Source of the DNA: the human T2T-CHM13v2.0 reference genome, Homo sapiens | Assembly: GCF_009914755.1 (NCBI RefSeq) | Contig: NC_060925.1 | Strand: one strand, 5' to 3' | Length of the DNA stretch: 64,000 nucleotides | Part shown: positions 63,012 through 64,000 of the stretch, piece after piece | Layout of the letters: each line of letters begins with the position of its first letter | Position numbering within the stretch: the stretch's first letter is position 1 | Notes under the pieces: model-generated | Told to the model about the DNA's origin: nothing | The model's input: only the letters and a program-made list of their open reading frames with translations | Databases searched by the model: none | Program-made: the position numbers and the translations under genes

Positions 63012-63616
63012 GGCGGAACCGGCCGGCACGGATTATTCCCCTCTCGGGAGAGGTCTGCAGCCGGGCCTCAGTGCTTCAGTTCGTGGCCTGGCATTTTGTG
63101 TCAGTGTTTTTTAACCTTTGGACCCTAGTTCAACCGACTCCGAGACCTAGGGGACAGATCTTAAGTTTTACAATAACCCAGGGGTCAGACAGGGTCTGAT
63201 CTAGCCTGTGGGGCAAGTACGGGGAAGACACGGGACCTCTTGGAGGGGGTCAGTAGGCTTGTAGGGGGAAAGACGCACACAGAGACTAAAGGACGAGATG
63301 GAGCAAGGTTCAACCCCCTAGCTGAGTGTTGGCAGTGTCGGGATTTTAACGAAGACATTGGTGCTTATTATGGTGAGGGGACTCAGGACAGTTTAGGGGA
63401 AGAGAGTGGCATTTGAGTCCTAACTCGTAAGGAAGACTGGGTAGGACTACTTGAAAATAACTTTTAAAAATTAATTATAAAGCTGGTAAAAATAGGAAAA
63501 CATCTATGGCCCCACTGTCCAAAGACGACTTTTAACTTCTTGGAGAATATCCTTTCAGATAGTTGTCTTTGTAAATGTATACTTTTAATGTTTTTTCGTT
63601 TGCCTTTTTAAAATAA

Positions 63617-63900
63617 ATTTTTTGGGGGACAGGGTCTTGCTCTGTTACCCAGGCTGTAGTGCAGTAGAACGATTATAGCTCATTGCAACCCGGACGTCCT
63701 GGGTTCAAGCTATCCTCACCTCTCAGCCTCTCGACTGGCTAGGACCACAGCCTCGAGCCATCATGTCTGGCTAATTTTTACGTTTTTTTGTAGAGATGGG
63801 GGTCTCGCTGTGTTGTCCAGGCTGGTCTTAAACTCCTTGCTTCAACAGATCCTCCCACTCCAGCCTCCCAAAATGTGATTACAGGCTGAGTCACCACGCC
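63617..63900 (-). mobile_element. AluJ
   Basis: Diverged Alu consensus. Confidence 0.9.
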
Positions 63901-64000
63901 TAGCATGGTTTTTTTTGTTTTGTTTGTTTTGTAAGCAAAATTGACATACATACTGGAGGTACAATTCTGTAGCTGGCCTTCTTTACAGAGTTTAGAATAA

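Larger units (their letters stand above)
62440..63090. promoter_or_regulatory. CpG island / LAMTOR5 promoter, likely bidirectional
   Basis: Abrupt rise in GC and CpG around exon 1; GC box GGGGCGTGG about 62850; ETS-type CTTCCG 62935-62940; E-box CACGTG 62728-62733. A divergent LAMTOR5-AS1 is recalled, not derived here. Confidence 0.88.

Overview
Alu-dense primate (very likely human, 1p13.3) genomic DNA, not microbial. It holds three recognisable genes. (1) The 3' end of RBM15 (+): an alternative 111-nt exon 595-705, a terminal exon from 1364 and AATAAA at 1709. (2) The complete SLC16A4/MCT5 gene (-): 9 exons over about 17930-46170; I reconstructed a 1464-nt, 487-aa ORF from GT-AG boundaries. 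(3) The complete LAMTOR5/HBXIP gene (-): 4 exons, 91 aa, with a possible 82-aa in-frame N-terminal extension, ending in a CpG-island promoter. The rest is about 55 Alu/FLAM elements, an LTR12C-like solo LTR nested in an Alu, LTR8, MER68/MLT2, L1, Tigger and MER5 remnants. Most supplied ORFs are Alu or LTR artefacts. The most interesting unexplained signal lies downstream of the RBM15 poly(A) site. A repeat-free block there carries three copies of a splice-acceptor-in-hairpin motif. It is followed by a chain of strong + strand splice sites running antisense through SLC16A4, suggesting an extended multi-exon RBM15 3' tail or antisense lncRNA. Other leads are an LTR12C positioned as an alternative SLC16A4 promoter, a uORF cluster, a pre-miRNA-sized hairpin and a templated insertion. 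Gene and repeat names come from my recognition of the sequences, not from a database search. Repeat boundaries are approximate.
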